A stretch of DNA of 64,000 bases from Verrucomicrobiia bacterium. GTDB taxonomy: Bacteria; Verrucomicrobiota; Verrucomicrobiia; Limisphaerales; UBA11358. Where the stretch lies: positions 8,575 to 72,574 of the forward strand of contig DASXYX010000026.1 in the NCBI GenBank assembly GCA_036502245.1. The letters are read 5' to 3'. Shown here one piece after another: positions 8,854 to 17,287 of the stretch (positions within the stretch are counted from its first letter, which is position 1; each line of letters starts with the position of its first letter). The notes under the pieces are model-generated. The model saw nothing but the letters and a program-made list of their open reading frames with translations. It had not been told where the DNA came from and ran no database searches. A program made the translations under genes and the position numbers.

Positions 8854-10335
8854 TCAGTTGGCCGACGCGACCGTTTGCTTGTGCGAATTTATCACCGGAA
8901 TGAAAAATAGGCGCATTTTTTTCGTTTCCGCAGTGGATTGATACTGGAAAAGCCCGAACAGGAGCGAGATTTTTTTTGTGTCCGGGGCGGTGTCCCGCCG
9001 GTACAGGTTCCATAACAGCGATTGGCTGCTTGCTCCCGTCTTCACATTGTTCTCGGCGCGCCACACCGACCATAACGGCGACCAATCCCGTTCCACATAC
9101 GGATTATCCGGCACGAAAGTCTCCAGCGGCGCCAGGAGCTGCAGCCGGTTGTTCCCCTCGAAATCCCGGTGATAAACAAAGAAAGGCCAAAGATCCACGC
9201 GCTGTTTCTCTTTGCCGGTGCCGGTGTTCTTGTCCTTCGTATTTTGATACAGGAAAAAAAGGATGCGCGTGCGTTGCCGGGCCAACGGATCACTGTGGAT
9301 GGCGTTGTACTTGTAAAGCGGCCAAAGATAAAAATTGTCCACGAATGTGCTGTTGTGCGCCTGGCTGAACAAAGGAAAGACCCGCGTCGTCGTTTTGCCT
9401 TCCCCGCGCGCGATGATGACAAATGGCCAGGGCATCTGCCATTCGCGATATTTCTGGCCCCGGTCATTGATCCATGTGAAGAACGGCCAAAGTGCGGATG
9501 TCGAATCGCGTTGCGGCGAGCGTTGCAGGAAATAGAACGGAATGTCCGCGCGGATCTTTTCCGGGTTATCGGTGCCGATCCCGTTGTTCTGCCGGAAATG
9601 GATGGGCCACAGCACGAACAAATGGTCATGTCCCGCATTGGTGATGGCGTCGCCCCAATTGTTGGTTTGCACCGTCAAAACCTTATGTTCCTTGCCGATG
9701 ATCGGCCAGAATTGCCAGCCACGCATGCCATCCCCGTGCCGGGTATTGAAAAACGGATACAAATAATTATCGTTGATGACATCCTTTTTCCGGGTCTCGC
9801 CGTAGATTGGGAACATGACAAAGAAAATGTCGTCACGGAACAGCCTCTCCTTGAGATGGCCATAAAAGGGAACGAGGGCCGTGTAATTGTCATTCGTCAG
9901 CGGCGAGCGCTGCTGAAAATAGATCGGGAAAAGGGTAAAACGCCTCACGTCCTGGAACTCACTCGGTTCCTTGCCTCCCGCGATGGAAAACAACTCGATG
10001 AACTGCCAACGATACTCCGTGCCATACCGTCGATACGTCATGATGGGATACAAATAGTCGTCCTGGACCATTTTGACCGTGGAATCTGTCTCACGCGAAT
10101 AAAACGGCGGCAGCGCCCAGAGCCGGTCCGATTCGCTCTGTTGATTGTAATAGAGCGGGCCGAGCGCCTCCTCGCGATGGCCGGGAGCCAGTGTCAGGGG
10201 AAAAGTGTCATACAATGGCCCCGCTTGAAGACCATCCTGGCCAAAAACAGGCATGCAAAAATAAAAACAAAGCCAAAAACAATAAACGAAACGATTGCGG
10301 CAATTAAACTTACTGAAATTCACAAGTTTACTCAT
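8854..10335 (-). CDS. exported repeat protein of unknown function (about 18 tandem repeats of about 19 aa with a [FWY]-P-[FIL]-[FYI] core)
   Basis: Start chosen at ATG 10335 (MSKLVNF...), which gives a signal-peptide-like N-terminus ending VFG/QD. The ORF could extend to 10464. Recurrent motifs are LPPFY, YPIM, FPIY, VPFY, FPIY, YPFF, WPII, WPIH, IPFY, WPFF, WPFV, FPLF, WPLY and WPFF. The gene ends 10 nt upstream of mlaE. Confidence 0.5.
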   Translation of the reverse strand: MSKLVNFSKFNCRNRFVYCFWLCFYFCMPVFGQDGLQAGPLYDTFPLTLAPGHREEALGPLYYNQQSESDRLWALPPFYSRETDSTVKMVQDDYLYPIMTYRRYGTEYRWQFIELFSIAGGKEPSEFQDVRRFTLFPIYFQQRSPLTNDNYTALVPFYGHLKERLFRDDIFFVMFPIYGETRKKDVINDNYLYPFFNTRHGDGMRGWQFWPIIGKEHKVLTVQTNNWGDAITNAGHDHLFVLWPIHFRQNNGIGTDNPEKIRADIPFYFLQRSPQRDSTSALWPFFTWINDRGQKYREWQMPWPFVIIARGEGKTTTRVFPLFSQAHNSTFVDNFYLWPLYKYNAIHSDPLARQRTRILFFLYQNTKDKNTGTGKEKQRVDLWPFFVYHRDFEGNNRLQLLAPLETFVPDNPYVERDWSPLWSVWRAENNVKTGASSQSLLWNLYRRDTAPDTKKISLLFGLFQYQSTAETKKMRLFFIPVINSHKQTVASAN

Positions 10336-10617
10336 GCCAATGGCCCAAATGGTCCGATTGATACGGGCAAATACCACATGGCCCGTTCGCGAAAGGAATT
10401 TTAGCAGAATTAAAAAAACTCCATTTCGTACCGACCAAAATCGTTTTTTCTGTTTATGATTCAATTTTATTGCCTAAAACTTTACAGCATTTACGTTAAC
10501 GATATAGAAAACCATTTTTGCGCCCTTTAAACCGTTTTACGCAAGGTTTAACATTGATACTCTCAATTCATTGTTGACTTTCGCGGGATTTTCACTAATC
10601 TTGGTTTACTCGAGGTT

Positions 10618-13377
10618 TTACCTCGGTTCCTCCTGACCCGGTGTCGGCAAGTTGTCGGCACTGGGTTCTTTTATTATCCGATACCATCGGCTGATCAAAT
10701 TCAGCAGGGCTGGCAGAAACGTCAACCCTGCAATCATACACGTGGCAATCCCTATCGACATAACGCAGCCCAAACTATGGATGCCGCGATGCTGCGCGAG
10801 AATCATGCTGCCGAATCCGGCAATGGCAGTCAATCCTGACACCAACACGGCTTTGCCGGTGCTGCGAGACAAAATCCCAGGCGTCCGCTCTTCCGCATAA
10901 CGGTTCAGCACCTGGATGCCATTAGTCACCCCGATACCGATGACCAGCGGCAGGGTCATGATATTCGCCAGATTAAATTGAATATTCGTCGCTCCCATCA
11001 GTCCCGCCAGCCACAGGGTGCCGATGGCCACCGGCAACAACGCCAGAAAAACTGCCATCACGCTGCGAAAGTGCAAGAACACCAATATCGCAATTGCTAT
11101 GAGCGCATACCATGCTGCTTGAACATAACTGTGTTTGAGCAATGTTTCATATTCCAACAACTGCACGGGAGTCCCTGTGGCATTTTTGTCTATTTTTCTC
11201 AGATCGGCGACAAAAACTTCCTGGTTCGCGCGTTGCCAGACGTCATCCTTGGGAAAGACTTGCAGCAGGAATTTTCCGCTCTGGCCAATGAATTGATCGC
11301 GCAGATTGGGCGGCAAATCATCAGGACGCAACGCTGACGTTACATTTTGGTTCTGCAGTGATTGGAAAGTATCCCGGACATCGTTGAAAAGGGCCTGTTG
11401 GAATTCTGATAATTTGCGCGCATGTGCCACTTGTGTTGTATCGTCGCCGGCAAGCATGGCTTTGCGAAAATTATCGATGGTTTGTTGCAGAGAGAGGAGT
11501 TGGGCAGACAAAGCCGGGTCATTGGTCCCGATTTGGCTCACGGCCATGCCGCAGTAACCTCCCAGCGAATAAAGCGTCGCGCTCAAATTATAGAGATCCA
11601 CGGCATTCGTATCGGGCGGACTGAAATGGAGCGGGGCCACCTCGTCTTTGATCTGGTGGATCAGCCCCAATTTTTTACCCTGATTTTCAGGCAAGAAATC
11701 CTCAAGGATGTCCATGGGAGGCTCGACATCAGCGACGGTCGGCAATTTTTCGATCTCCGGCACCAGAGAAATCGCCTGTTGAAGATTGGTGGCGACAACC
11801 GCTCCGGACAGTACTGAACGACCGGCTGAATCGATTAATTTGTGCATAAACACGACCGAAGGCAGATTGGGGCTGTTCATTTTGATGAGGTTGTAGTCAA
11901 ACTTGACCTTGCCCCTCCCGATTTCTATGCCGGCCAGTCCGCTGATCAATAAAACAATTGCCATGACTGCCAGGGGGCGGCTTAACCAGATGTTTTCGAT
12001 GCGCGCGCGCGTCAGGTCTTCTTTCATGTGCCGGTCAATGACATTCTGGCGCCCGCGCATGAGCAGCGCGGGCAACATAGTCATCATCGGCACCAGGCAA
12101 AGCAACAGGCCGCCACCGCAAATGATCCCCATTTCCTGGATTCCCCTGAAATGCGTGAATGCCATGGCCACAAACGCCGCGGCGGTGGTCAGTGCTCCGG
12201 TGAAAATGCCCTGCCCCGTGTAAACCATGGCTGTCGTCAATGCCGCGTGATTATCGCATCCCTTGCGCAATTCTTCCTCGAAACGGGTGATCAGGTGAAC
12301 GCCAAAATCGATCGCCAGTCCGACCAGCATCGGCGCAAAGCTAATGGTCAGGATGTTCAAATGTCCGACCGTCAGCGTTGTAAACGCCATGGTATAGCCC
12401 AATCCGACAATCAGGCAAAGGGTCGCTTTGACCGGCCGGCCTGTTTCGTTGTAACCGTAGATGAAAATCAATGCGCACAGGCACAATGACACGATCGTGG
12501 CTTTGGTCATGTCCTTTTGCGATTGGAGCATTTCGTCATAATCCAAAACCGGCTCGCCCGTCAGCCCGACGTTCACTCCCTGGACTTCGTATTGCGTTTG
12601 CGCCATCAGTTGCCGCAATTTATCGATGGCGTCACCGATCTGATCATCTGAAGGCGGATGGGTCGTCAGGAGAAAGATGTGGCCATGGTTGGCTGTGATG
12701 TAAACGTCGGAAACATCGGTTGAGCCGAATAATGAAGCGACCCCCGGGGACGGCGGTTTGCCGGGCATCTGGAGGGCGGCGGTGGCCTGGGTCAGAATAT
12801 TGCCAAGGACCGGCAGCGCCTGAATCATGGATTCGGTTTGTTCATTTGTCCCGGCTGAACCCGTCCGGAAGTCCGTGTTGATCTGTTCAAAGAACGTGAT
12901 GAGATTGGTCGTTTGGGTGAATTGCCGGATGAAGGGAATGTCTTCATGTAGTGCGCCTTCAATGTTGGTGAGGTCGTCATCCGAAGCAAAAAACAATGCC
13001 TTGGTGCCGGCCGCTGCCGGATCCTGTTGGTAAAATACGTCCCGAAACAGATTAGTCTCCGAAACCATTTTGGCTGCCAGCCGTTCGATATACTGCCGGT
13101 TTTTTTCGATGTCGTCGCTTTCCGCGACCACCACCAGGTCGTTTCCCTGTTGGGGAAATTCTTTCTGTAATTCGAGAAAATTCTGTTCGTCTTTGAAATT
13201 ATGGCCCACCAGGTCGTTCTGGTTGGTATCGAATTGCAAAAAAAAGTACGTGATCAGGATGCCGATCACGAGCAGACCCGCCTGCGGCCAAATGAACCAA
13301 TGAGGATGCCGGGTGACCACCCCGGCAAGTTTGGCCAGCAACCGCGCTAATAATGTATCGCTGGTCAATGGCTTCAT
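10618..13377 (-). CDS. MMPL / RND-superfamily exporter (HpnN-like architecture)
   Basis: 919 aa with two blocks of about six TM helices, each preceded by a large soluble loop. Sequence patterns are typical of MMPL-family SSD-type transporters. Confidence 0.75.
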   Translation of the reverse strand: MKPLTSDTLLARLLAKLAGVVTRHPHWFIWPQAGLLVIGILITYFFLQFDTNQNDLVGHNFKDEQNFLELQKEFPQQGNDLVVVAESDDIEKNRQYIERLAAKMVSETNLFRDVFYQQDPAAAGTKALFFASDDDLTNIEGALHEDIPFIRQFTQTTNLITFFEQINTDFRTGSAGTNEQTESMIQALPVLGNILTQATAALQMPGKPPSPGVASLFGSTDVSDVYITANHGHIFLLTTHPPSDDQIGDAIDKLRQLMAQTQYEVQGVNVGLTGEPVLDYDEMLQSQKDMTKATIVSLCLCALIFIYGYNETGRPVKATLCLIVGLGYTMAFTTLTVGHLNILTISFAPMLVGLAIDFGVHLITRFEEELRKGCDNHAALTTAMVYTGQGIFTGALTTAAAFVAMAFTHFRGIQEMGIICGGGLLLCLVPMMTMLPALLMRGRQNVIDRHMKEDLTRARIENIWLSRPLAVMAIVLLISGLAGIEIGRGKVKFDYNLIKMNSPNLPSVVFMHKLIDSAGRSVLSGAVVATNLQQAISLVPEIEKLPTVADVEPPMDILEDFLPENQGKKLGLIHQIKDEVAPLHFSPPDTNAVDLYNLSATLYSLGGYCGMAVSQIGTNDPALSAQLLSLQQTIDNFRKAMLAGDDTTQVAHARKLSEFQQALFNDVRDTFQSLQNQNVTSALRPDDLPPNLRDQFIGQSGKFLLQVFPKDDVWQRANQEVFVADLRKIDKNATGTPVQLLEYETLLKHSYVQAAWYALIAIAILVFLHFRSVMAVFLALLPVAIGTLWLAGLMGATNIQFNLANIMTLPLVIGIGVTNGIQVLNRYAEERTPGILSRSTGKAVLVSGLTAIAGFGSMILAQHRGIHSLGCVMSIGIATCMIAGLTFLPALLNLISRWYRIIKEPSADNLPTPGQEEPR

Positions 13378-13380
13378 GCG

Positions 13381-14115
13381 TCAGGCCACCTCGGGAAACT
13401 CCGCGTTGGAATAGACCTCTTTAACATCATCATGTTCTTCGAGCACGTCGATCAATTTACCGGCGTCCGCCACGGCCATGGCCCCGTCCAGCGGGACGGT
13501 GACGGCGGGCAGTGAAGTGATTTCCGCGCCCTCAATTTTGATACCCGCACCCTCGATTTTTCGATGCACGACCTCAAACATCGCTGGTTCCGTCAAAATT
13601 TCAAATCCTTGTTCATCGATTTTAAAATCTTCCGCCCCGGCCTCGAGCGCCAATTCCATCAATTTCTCCTCCGAAACCGCCTCCCGGGCGACGATGATTT
13701 GTCCTTTGCGATGAAACAAACGGCTCACGGAACCGGCGGTGGCGATAGAACCGCCATTTTTAGTGACAATGCTGCGGATCTCGGCGGCCGTGCGATTGCG
13801 GTTGTCGGTGCTCAGTTCCACGAGCAACGCTACGCCGTGCGGCGCATAGATTTCGTAGGTCAAATCCTCGAAATCCACGCCTTCACCGCCGCCCGTGCCT
13901 TTCTTGATGGCCCGGTCGATATTGTCGGCGGGCATATTGACCGAGCGGCACTTGAACAACACCATGCGCAGGCGCGGATTCATCTCGGGATCACCACCGC
14001 CGGTTTTTGCGGCGACAGTGGCCTCGCGAGCGAGCTTCGAAAACATTTTCCCGCGCTTCGCATCAACGACGGCCTTGATGCGCTTGACCTTTGACCATTT
14101 ACTGTGACCGGCCAT
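13381..14115 (-). CDS. yebC: YebC/PmpR family DNA-binding transcriptional regulator
   Basis: Starts MAGHSKWSKVKRIKA, the hallmark YebC N-terminus. The tracked ORF extends to 14502, but that extension overlaps ybjQ in another frame and is discounted. Confidence 0.9.
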   Translation of the reverse strand: MAGHSKWSKVKRIKAVVDAKRGKMFSKLAREATVAAKTGGGDPEMNPRLRMVLFKCRSVNMPADNIDRAIKKGTGGGEGVDFEDLTYEIYAPHGVALLVELSTDNRNRTAAEIRSIVTKNGGSIATAGSVSRLFHRKGQIIVAREAVSEEKLMELALEAGAEDFKIDEQGFEILTEPAMFEVVHRKIEGAGIKIEGAEITSLPAVTVPLDGAMAVADAGKLIDVLEEHDDVKEVYSNAEFPEVA

Positions 14116-14117
14116 GT

Positions 14118-14459
14118 TCAGCGCGTTTCCGCCTCGACATAGACCGCCGTGCCATAACAGAGCACTTCCGTGATGCCCGGGGCGATTTCCGTGGCATCGT
14201 AGCGGACACCGATCACGGCATTGGCGCCAAGCTGCCCGGCATGCGTGAGCATGAGGTTGAAGGTGTCTTCGCGGGCACGCTCGCACAGACTCGTGTAGAG
14301 CGAAATATTTCCGCCGAAGAGACTTTGAATGCTCGCGCCGATATTGCCGACGACAGACCGCGAACGCACCATGATGCCGCGTACCACGCCAAATGATTTG
14401 GTGATGCGATAACCCGGCAGGTCGAATGTAGTTGTTGTCAATGGATGTGTCAGGCTCAT
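14118..14459 (-). CDS. ybjQ: YbjQ/UPF0145 family protein
   Basis: 113 aa with the pattern [11 protein letters not shown]...GVVRG...SLFGG...[10 protein letters not shown] typical of the YbjQ (DUF74) family. Confidence 0.85.
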   Translation of the reverse strand: MSLTHPLTTTTFDLPGYRITKSFGVVRGIMVRSRSVVGNIGASIQSLFGGNISLYTSLCERAREDTFNLMLTHAGQLGANAVIGVRYDATEIAPGITEVLCYGTAVYVEAETR

Positions 14460-14507
14460 AGCTCACAAATTGAACACCAGCGAAGGAACCGGCAAAAGAC
14501 AAAAATC

Positions 14508-14948
14508 CTATGGAGAAAGGAACGAAAAGGCCGGCAGATTCCGCAAGAGGGTGAACAGGGCGGCGACCGCGAGATACCCCCAGACGAATTTAGTTGGAAT
14601 ATGAAAATAAAGCCCCGGGTTCTTGCGCTTCTGAAAAAGGAAACGTGTGCCCCAAACCATTCCAATTGCGAGAGAAACACAAAAAAGCGCATTATCTTTG
14701 AATGCCGCCTGGAAATGGCCGTGCAGTAAAGCGTACAACCCGCGGGTGGCGCCGCATCCCGGACAATTCAATCCGGTCAATTTATGGAACTGGCAAACGG
14801 GGTAAAATCCGTATCGGTTTGGATTGAAGAAATAGACGAAAACCAGTCCGCAGCCGATGACGAATGCGATAACTACGCCCGCGAAAAACGTCAGGGGCGC
14901 TGTATTTTTTAATTTTGGCGGGACCGCCTGGGCTCCGGCGGAGGTCAT
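14508..14948 (-). CDS. DUF2752-like membrane protein
   Basis: CPGCGATRG motif after the first TM helix, with further TM segments. Confidence 0.7.
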   Translation of the reverse strand: MTSAGAQAVPPKLKNTAPLTFFAGVVIAFVIGCGLVFVYFFNPNRYGFYPVCQFHKLTGLNCPGCGATRGLYALLHGHFQAAFKDNALFCVSLAIGMVWGTRFLFQKRKNPGLYFHIPTKFVWGYLAVAALFTLLRNLPAFSFLSP

Positions 14949-15463
14949 GGAAAATGGTTCGTGCCTAAATGGTAATGAAAACTGCCGTTGAGCAACGAGT
15001 CTAGAGTGACAATGATTCCCAAAAAGATTCCTATAATGGAAAGGGCCAGGCCCACGATCGCCATGCCGCGGCCTTCATAAAGATGCGGATTGCCGCTGAT
15101 TTGCGAAAGCCCGATCAGTGAAAAAATCAGGCCGGGTATGCTGAACAGGAAGGGACAACAACAGAGAAGAACGGACGCGCCGCTAAAAATCAATCCGGCC
15201 AAAGCCCAACCGTTGATTTTGCGCGCACCCGCGGTAGCCAGTGGGGGAATGGACGGTGAAACTGGAGCTATTGGCGGAACCTGCGCCGCGAAATAGTGGG
15301 CAAACTCTGGCAATAGATTCAGTTGTTTCCAGGCCGCGGCTCCTTCGGCCAGGGTTTGGGTCTGGGCATTGGCGCGGCCTTCGGCAATCCATTTCTGGAT
15401 TTGCTCCGCCGAAACCGGGCCGTAAACCCGGCCATCTGCTCCCACGATTTTATACATGGCCAT
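14945..15463 (-). CDS. GYF_2 (DUF4339) plus DUF4190-like membrane protein
   Basis: N-terminal MYKIVGADGRVYGPVSAEQIQKWIAEGR is GYF-like. The C-terminal two-TM region is rich in small residues. The start at 15463 or 15457 avoids overlap with lpxA. Confidence 0.65.
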   Translation of the reverse strand: MAMYKIVGADGRVYGPVSAEQIQKWIAEGRANAQTQTLAEGAAAWKQLNLLPEFAHYFAAQVPPIAPVSPSIPPLATAGARKINGWALAGLIFSGASVLLCCCPFLFSIPGLIFSLIGLSQISGNPHLYEGRGMAIVGLALSIIGIFLGIIVTLDSLLNGSFHYHLGTNHFP

Positions 15464-15465
15464 TA

Positions 15466-16254
15466 CTATTCTTCGGATGTCGAGTGGCCAACATCCGCGC
15501 AAACGCCGCGTTTGGCGTGTGCCAGGAACTCTAACAGCATTTTCGCCGGCGCGCTGCTAAAATTTTTCCGCGCCCCCGGCAGGACCTCGCTCAAATTTTT
15601 GTCACTGCGGAACAATAACCGGTAAAGCTGTTTGAGTTCCGCGCGGTCTTTGGCCGAAATATTGGCCCGCCGCAAGCCGACGACGTTCAGGCCGCACATC
15701 TCGTTTTCTTCCAGCGAAACGCAAAATGGCGGCAGGTCTTTGCTGATGCCCGAGCCGCCTTGCATCATTGCCAGCGTGCCGACACGGCAGAACTGATGGA
15801 TGAGGCAATTGCCCGAGATGAAGACCCGGTCCTGCACCACCACATGCCCGCCCAGCAAAGCGCCGTTCGCGATGATGACATGGTCGCCGATAATGCAATT
15901 GTGTCCCACGTGCGAGCCGGCCATCAAAAAATTATTTGAACCAACAACGGTCTCCGCGTCCATTTTGGTCGAGCGATGAATCGTGACGTGTTCACGGAAA
16001 ACGTTCCCGTCGCCAATGCTCAATCGCGTCGGCTCGTTTTTGTATTTCAAGTCCTGCGGCGCATCGCCGATGACGCATCCGGCATGGAAAGCGTTCTTTG
16101 CGCCGATCTTTGTTTGGCCGGTGAGGTAAACATGCGGTCCAACCACGCAATCCGGGCCTAATTCCACTCCTTCATCAATGACGGCGTAAGGCCCAATGCG
16201 CACGTTTGCGTCCAATTGCGCTTTGGGATGGATAATGGCGGTCGAATGAATCAC
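15466..16254 (-). CDS. lpxA: acyl-ACP--UDP-N-acetylglucosamine O-acyltransferase
   Basis: MIHSTAIIHPKAQL start, left-handed beta-helix hexapeptide repeats and a C-terminal helical domain. Length is 262 aa. Confidence 0.9.
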   Translation of the reverse strand: MIHSTAIIHPKAQLDANVRIGPYAVIDEGVELGPDCVVGPHVYLTGQTKIGAKNAFHAGCVIGDAPQDLKYKNEPTRLSIGDGNVFREHVTIHRSTKMDAETVVGSNNFLMAGSHVGHNCIIGDHVIIANGALLGGHVVVQDRVFISGNCLIHQFCRVGTLAMMQGGSGISKDLPPFCVSLEENEMCGLNVVGLRRANISAKDRAELKQLYRLLFRSDKNLSEVLPGARKNFSSAPAKMLLEFLAHAKRGVCADVGHSTSEE

Positions 16255-16321
16255 TCAGGAAGAATGCCGTGAAACAGGCCGTTTTGTCAGCAGAATTCAT
16301 GAATTGCTCTGAATCCGGAGC

Positions 16322-17032
16322 TTAAACGGCGAAATATCCCAGTTCCCTTAACGACACATAATCCTTCGGGCGTTCTGCGGTGGCGCGGCCAATGATGATG
16401 TGATCAATCACTTCGATCTTCAAAAGATGACCCGCGCGGATCAAATCACGGGTGGCCTTGATGTCCGCATCGCTGGGAGTCGGGTCGCCGCTGGGATGAT
16501 TATGCGCCAGGATCACTGCGGAGGCATTGGCGGCGATAGCGCTCTTAAAAACTTCCCGCGGATGCACCAGCAACGTATCGAGTGTGCCGTCACCGAGTTC
16601 GTCCACCTTGATCAATCTGTGCCGCGTATTGAGCAACAGGACCTGTAGCGTCTCGACGTTCTTGGATAGGTTTCTGGCGCGGAGCAGGGCTACAATGGTT
16701 TCTGGATTATCCAGGACGGGCGATTCCATCTGGAGTTCCAGCGCCATTTTTTGAGCCAGCGCAAACGCAGCCACGAGCGTCACCGCTTTGTCACGTCCGA
16801 TTCCCCGGACCTTTCGCAGGTCGGCAATGGAGGCACGGGCCAATGAGTTGAGGGTTCCGAATCTTTGCAACAATTGCCCGCCGATCTCGACAGCATTCGC
16901 GCCTTTCAGCCCGGTTCGCAATAGAATGGCGATCAATTCCGGATTGCTGAGCCGGTCAGCGCCCAGGGCGGCGAGCTTTTCACGTGGACGCTCGCCGGCG
17001 GGTTGGTCTTTCATCCTGATTCCTGCCGACAT
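16322..17032 (-). CDS. radC: RadC-family JAB/MPN-domain protein
   Basis: The N-terminal region (PREKL...LSNPELIAILLRTG) is followed by the JAMM motif HNHPSGDPTPSDAD. Confidence 0.85.
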   Translation of the reverse strand: MSAGIRMKDQPAGERPREKLAALGADRLSNPELIAILLRTGLKGANAVEIGGQLLQRFGTLNSLARASIADLRKVRGIGRDKAVTLVAAFALAQKMALELQMESPVLDNPETIVALLRARNLSKNVETLQVLLLNTRHRLIKVDELGDGTLDTLLVHPREVFKSAIAANASAVILAHNHPSGDPTPSDADIKATRDLIRAGHLLKIEVIDHIIIGRATAERPKDYVSLRELGYFAV

Positions 17033-17192
17033 GATTGTTTACCATTTACGATTTTAGTTTTACGATGGAAAGCGAAATTTCAACGTTAGTTACGTTGATT
17101 CCCGATTTTGTGCCCCAAAAACAAATCCTCAATTCAAAGACCAGGAGCTGCATGGTTGGTCTTCGAGCGGCATGGAATGCTCGCCTCCTGTT

Positions 17193-17246
17193 CCCTCTCC
17201 GCTCCCATTCTGATGGGAGGGGAGAGGGTCAGGGTGAGGTGAGGGG
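17193..17246. repeat. palindromic element family B, copy 1 (hairpin plus G-rich tail)
   Basis: CCCTCTCCGCTCCCA-TTCTGA-TGGGAGGGGAGAGGG (17193-17228), then TCAGGGTGAGGTGAGGGG. Lies between radC and the helicase gene. Confidence 0.8.
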
Positions 17247-17287
17247 TTTTTGTATTTTTCGCCATTCGTGTTCATCTGTGTTTATCC

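Noticed and set aside
9169-10404. 411-aa ORF antisense to the repeat protein
   Set aside because: The minus-strand frame shows a strikingly regular repeat and a signal peptide. The plus-strand frame has no structure and would face against the mla operon.
14116-14502. N-terminal extension that makes YebC a 373-aa ORF
   Set aside because: The canonical YebC start MAGHSKWSKVK is at 14115. The extension overlaps the well-supported ybjQ gene in another frame and is Arg/His/Cys-rich nonsense.
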